Source: Narcine bancroftii (taxonomy: Eukaryota). From it: a stretch of DNA of 64,000 nt. The notes beneath the pieces are model-generated. The model had not been told where the DNA came from and ran no database searches. It was given only the letters and a program-made list of their open reading frames with translations. Location of the stretch: NCBI RefSeq assembly GCF_036971445.1, contig NC_091470.1, forward strand, positions 187,674,001 to 187,738,000. Reading direction: 5' to 3'. Position numbers and translations under genes: made by a program. Shown here one piece after another: positions 59,658-64,000 of this stretch (the stretch's first letter is position 1; each line of letters begins with the position of its first letter).

Positions 59658-60299
59658 GGCCAAGGACAATTTTTCACAAGCAAAATATTTCAGTCACAAT
59701 TGGGTCTAGAGCAGTGATTCTCAACCTTCTCTTCCCACTCACCTTAAGCAATCCCTTACTAATCGGGATTACTTAAAGTGGGAAGAAAGGTTGAGAACCA
59801 CAGATTCACATAGGAACAGAAATAGACCGTTCAGTCCATCGAGTCTGTCCCACCAACATGAGCTGATCCATTTTCCCCACTCAGCCTTCTTCCCATCACC
59901 CCTGCCTTAAATACACCCAATGACCCCACCTTGGCCACAAACTCCACAGATTCTGGTTCTTCCGCAATGACCCCCCCAGTTCTGGTCTCAGCTACGTGGA
60001 AACAACCTCTATCTTATTTAATTTTTTTAAAGTATTTTTTTTTAAATATATTTTTATTGAGTTTAATCAAGAACATAAAGAACCAAATGCAATATATATT
60101 AATATTGATTAACATATTATACATTAATGATAGTACATGAAATCTCAATCAAACCCATAAGTATTTATTGTCCCAAGAGAAAAAAGGTAAATAAAAAAAA
60201 ACAATTACTCTGACCCCTCCTAAACAAGGTTGAATTAATAATATTAGCAGCCTTGGAATCGAGCGGAAACCTTCGGAGATCCAGATCGCTGGTGCTGCA

Positions 60300-62285
60300 A
60301 TCTTCTTTCTTCTTTGGCTTGGCTTCGCGGACGAAGATTTATGGAGGGGGTAAAAAGTCCACGTCGGCTGCAGGCTCGTTTGTGGCTGACCAGTCCGATG
60401 CGGGACAGGCAGACACGATTGCAGCGGTTGCAAGGGAAAATTGGTTGGTTGGGGTTGGGTGTTGGGTTTTTCCTCCTTTGCCTTTTGTCAGTGAGGTGGG
60501 CTCTGCGGTCTTCTTCAAAGGAGGCTGCTGCCCGCCAAACTGTGAGGCGCCAAGATGCACGGTTTGAGGCGTTATCAGCCCACTGGCGGTGGTCAATGTG
60601 GCAGGCACCAAGAGATTTCTTTAGGCAGTCCTTGTACCTTTTCTTTGGTGCACCTCTGTCACGGTGGCCAGTGGAGAGCTCGCCATATAATACGATCTTG
60701 GGAAGGCGATGGTCCTCCATTCTGGAGACGTGACCCATCCAGCGCAGCTGGATCTTCAGCAGCGTGGACTCGATGCTGTCGACCTCTGCCATCTCGAGTA
60801 CCTCGACGTTAGGGGTGTGAGCGCTCCAATGGATGTTGAGGATGGAGCGGAGACAACGCTGGTGGAAGCGTTCTAGGAGCCGTAGGTGGTGCCGGTAGAG
60901 GACCCATGATTCGGAGCCGAACAGGAGTGTGGGTATGACAACGGCTCTGTATACGCTTATCTTTGTGAGGTTTTTCAGTTGGTTGTTTTTCCAGACTCTT
61001 TTGTGTAGTCTTCCAAAGGCGCTATTTGCCTTGGCGAGTCTGTTGTCTATCTCATTGTCGATCCTTGCATCTGATGAAATGGTGCAGCCGAGATAGGTAA
61101 ACTGGTTGACCGTTTTGAGTTTTGTGTGCCCGATGGAGATGTGGGGGGGCTGGTAGTCATGGTGGGGAGCTGGCTGATGGAGGACCTCAGTTTTCTTCAG
61201 GCTGACTTCCAGGCCAAACATTTTGGCAGTTTCCGCAAAGCAGGACGTCAAGCGCTGAAGAGCTGGCTCTGAATGGGCAACTAAAGCGGCATCATCTGCA
61301 AAGAGTAGTTCACGGACAAGTTTCTCTTGTGTCTTGGTGTGAGCTTGCAGGCGCCTCAGATTGAAGAGACTGCCATCCGTGCGGTACCGGATGTAAACAG
61401 CGTCTTCATTGTTGGGGTCTTTCATGGCTTGGTTCAGCATCATGCTGAAGAAGATTGAAAAGAGGGTTGGTGCGAGAACACAGCCTTGCTTCACGCCATT
61501 GTTAATGGAGAAGGGTTCAGAGAGCTCATTGCTGTATCTGACCCGACCTTGTTGGTTTTCGTGCAGTTGGATAATCATGTTGAGGAAATTTGGGGGACAT
61601 CCGATGCGCTCTAGTATTTGCCAAAGCCCTTTCCTGCTCACGGTGTCGAAGGCTTTGGTGAGGTCAACAAAGGTGATGTAGAGTCCTTTGTTTTGTTCTC
61701 TACACTTTTCTTGGAGCTGTCTGAGGGCAAAGACCATGTCAGTGGTTCCTCTGTTAGCGCGAAAGCCGCACTGTGATTCTGGGAGAATATTCTCAGCGAC
61801 ACTAGGTATTATTCTATTTAGTAGAATCCTAGCGAAGATTTTGCCTGCAATGGAGAGCAGCGTGATTCCCCTGTAGTTTGAGCAGTCTGATTTCTCGCCT
61901 TTGTTTTTGTACAGGGTGATGATGGTGGCATCACGAAGATCCTGAGGCAGTTTACCTTGGTCCCAACAAAGCTTGAAAAACTCATGCAGTTTGGCATGCA
62001 GAGTTTTGCCGCCAGCCTTCCAGACTTCTGGGGGGATTCCATCCATACCTGCTGCTTTGCCACTTTTCAGTTGTTCGATTGCCTTATATGTCTCATCCAG
62101 GGTGGGAACCTCATCCAGCTCTAGCCTTAGGGGCTGTTGAGGGAGCTGGAGCAGGGCGGAATCTTGGACTGAGCGGTTGGTACTGAAAAGAGATTGGAAG
62201 TGTTCTGACCATCGGTTGAGGATGGAGATCTTGTCGCTGAGGAGGACTTTGCCGTCTGAGCTGCGCAGCGGGCTTTGGACTTGGG
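60300..62285 (-). mobile_element. Young 5'-truncated RTE-clade LINE with uninterrupted RT ORF
   Basis: 688-aa ORF with GKAAGMDGIPPE, NYRGITLLS, QCGFR, DLTKAFD, QGCVLAP, FADD, FTYLG, a C-terminal CNRC..H..C finger and an (AAG)-rich tail. Inserted in a tRNA-SINE remnant. Confidence 0.95.
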
Positions 62286-62739
62286 GTCCAAATAGTGTTG
62301 CGCTAACCATACTACCCCATGCAGGTAATGTGGGAAATGCAGCAGTTAAATTTGAAAAGAGGAAGGTTTAATAAATAGTGACATGATAATGGGCACATAC
62401 TCTGGTGATGTTAATTGAGGGATAAATGTTAGCCAAGCCAAGGTCCTTGACATTCCTCCTTTTAAGATTGGACTTTTACATTCACCTGAAATGGCAGGCA
62501 ACCCCACAGTTTAACATCTCATCTGAAAGACTTTGTCTCCAATTACCCGACACATGATCTACTCCACTGAACTGCTGGCCATGATTTTCGTGCTTGTTTC
62601 CCCAGGGAGGCATTTGAACCAATAACTTAATCTCACTTAAAAGTGCTGCTATCTGAACCACAGCTGACCATTAATATAAAGGGGACTCTGTGGAAATGCA
62701 GTTTCAAAATAGTAATATCTGAATTACTGTATATTTTAG

Positions 62740-64000
62740 CCATATCACCATATACAGCACAGAACAGGCCAGTTCGGCCCTACTAGTCCATGCCGGAACA
62801 AATTCCCACCCTCCTAGTCCCACTGACCAGCACCTCGTCCATACCCCTCCAATCCTCCCCCCTCCATGTAATTATCCAGTCTTTCCTTAAACGTAAATAA
62901 TGTCCTTGCTTCAACCACCCCTGCCGGAAGCTTATTCCACATCCTAACCATCCTTTGCGTGAAGAAATTGCCCCTCATGTTCCCCTTATAATTTTCCCCC
63001 TGCAATCTCAAACCATGGCCTCTGGTTTGAATATCTTCCACTCTTAATTGAAAAAGCCTATCCACGTTGGCTCTCTCTGTCCCTTTTAAAATCTTGAACA
63101 CCTCCATCAAATCCCCCCTCAATCTTCTATGCTCCAGAGAAAAAAGCCCCAGGCTGCTTAACCTTTCTCTGTAACTCAAACCCTAACATCCTGTCCACAT
63201 TCTCGTGAACCTTCTCTGCACTCTCTCTATTTTGTTTATATCCTTCCTATAATTCGATGACCAAAACTGCACACAGTATTCCAAACTTGGGCTCACCAAT
63301 GCTTTGTACAATTTCATCATAACATCCCAACTCTTGAATTCAATACTCCGATTGATGAAGGCCAACATTCCAAATGCCTTCTCACCACTCTATCTACCTG
63401 AGTATCAACTTTGAGGGTACTATTTACCATAACTCCTAAATCTGCACTCCTCAATTGTCTACCATTCAATGTATAGGACCTATTTAGATTTGCTTTTCCA
63501 AAATGCAACACTTCACACTTATCCGTATTAAATTCCATCAGCCATTTCTCAGCCCACTCCTCTAGCTTTCCTATATCTCTTTTTAAGCCAAGGTAATCTT
63601 CCTGACTGTCCACAATACCACCAATCTTTGTATCATCTGCAAACTTACTTATCCAATTTACCACCCCTTCTTCCAGATCGTTAATATATATAACAAACAA
63701 TAGTGGACCCAGGACCGATTCCTGAGGAACTCCACTAGTCACCAGTCTCCAATTGGACAAACAATTATCTACCACTACTCTCTGACACCTCCCATCCAAC
63801 CAGTGCTGAATCCATTTCACTACATCCTTACTTATACCTAATGCCTCCACCTTTTTTCCTAACCTCCTGTGGGGAACTTTGTCAAAAGCCTTACTAAAGT
63901 CTAAATAGACAAAATCCACAGCCTACCCTTCATCAATCTTTTTTGTAACCCCCTCGAAAAACTCTATAAGGGTTGTTAAGCATGATCTACCCGACAAAAC
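62740..64000 (-). mobile_element. CR1 LINE (RT and 3' end), continuing beyond the window
   Basis: YLDFSKAFDKVPH, SGVPQESVLGP, KFADDTK, LEYCVQFW, FFTQRMVRMWNKLP, with a few frameshifts. Confidence 0.93.

Overview
Repeat-rich vertebrate genomic DNA, probably from a cartilaginous fish (inferred from the CR1, Penelope, tRNA-SINE and minisatellite content and from the ancestral-type proteins). It has two assembly gaps (34734-34933 and 46110-46425). Three spliced genes lie head-to-tail on the minus strand. (1) Tapasin (TAPBP): five coding exons at 53804-41246, covering the N-domain, IgV, IgC1 and TM with the conserved lysine; the leader exon and KKxx tail were not found. (2) A butyrophilin-family gene: IgV, IgC, TM, a ladder of seven 27-nt microexons (one with a GG rather than GT donor) and B30.2, at 32228-12479; no leader exon was found. 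(3) The large N-terminal exon of a myomegalin/CDK5RAP2-family gene (SMYLE-type N-terminus with an SxIP motif, 1732-784), with a CpG-island promoter at about 5.7-7 kb. Together these look like a segment of the primordial MHC that may carry an ohnolog not known from the mammalian MHC. The introns are packed with CR1, L1/Tx1, RTE, Penelope, SINE, MITE and solo-LTR insertions, including a twin-primed L1 with a 5' inversion, and with several minisatellites. Most long ORFs in the ORF track are repeat artefacts. All homology calls come from recalled protein sequences and hand alignment; no searches were run.
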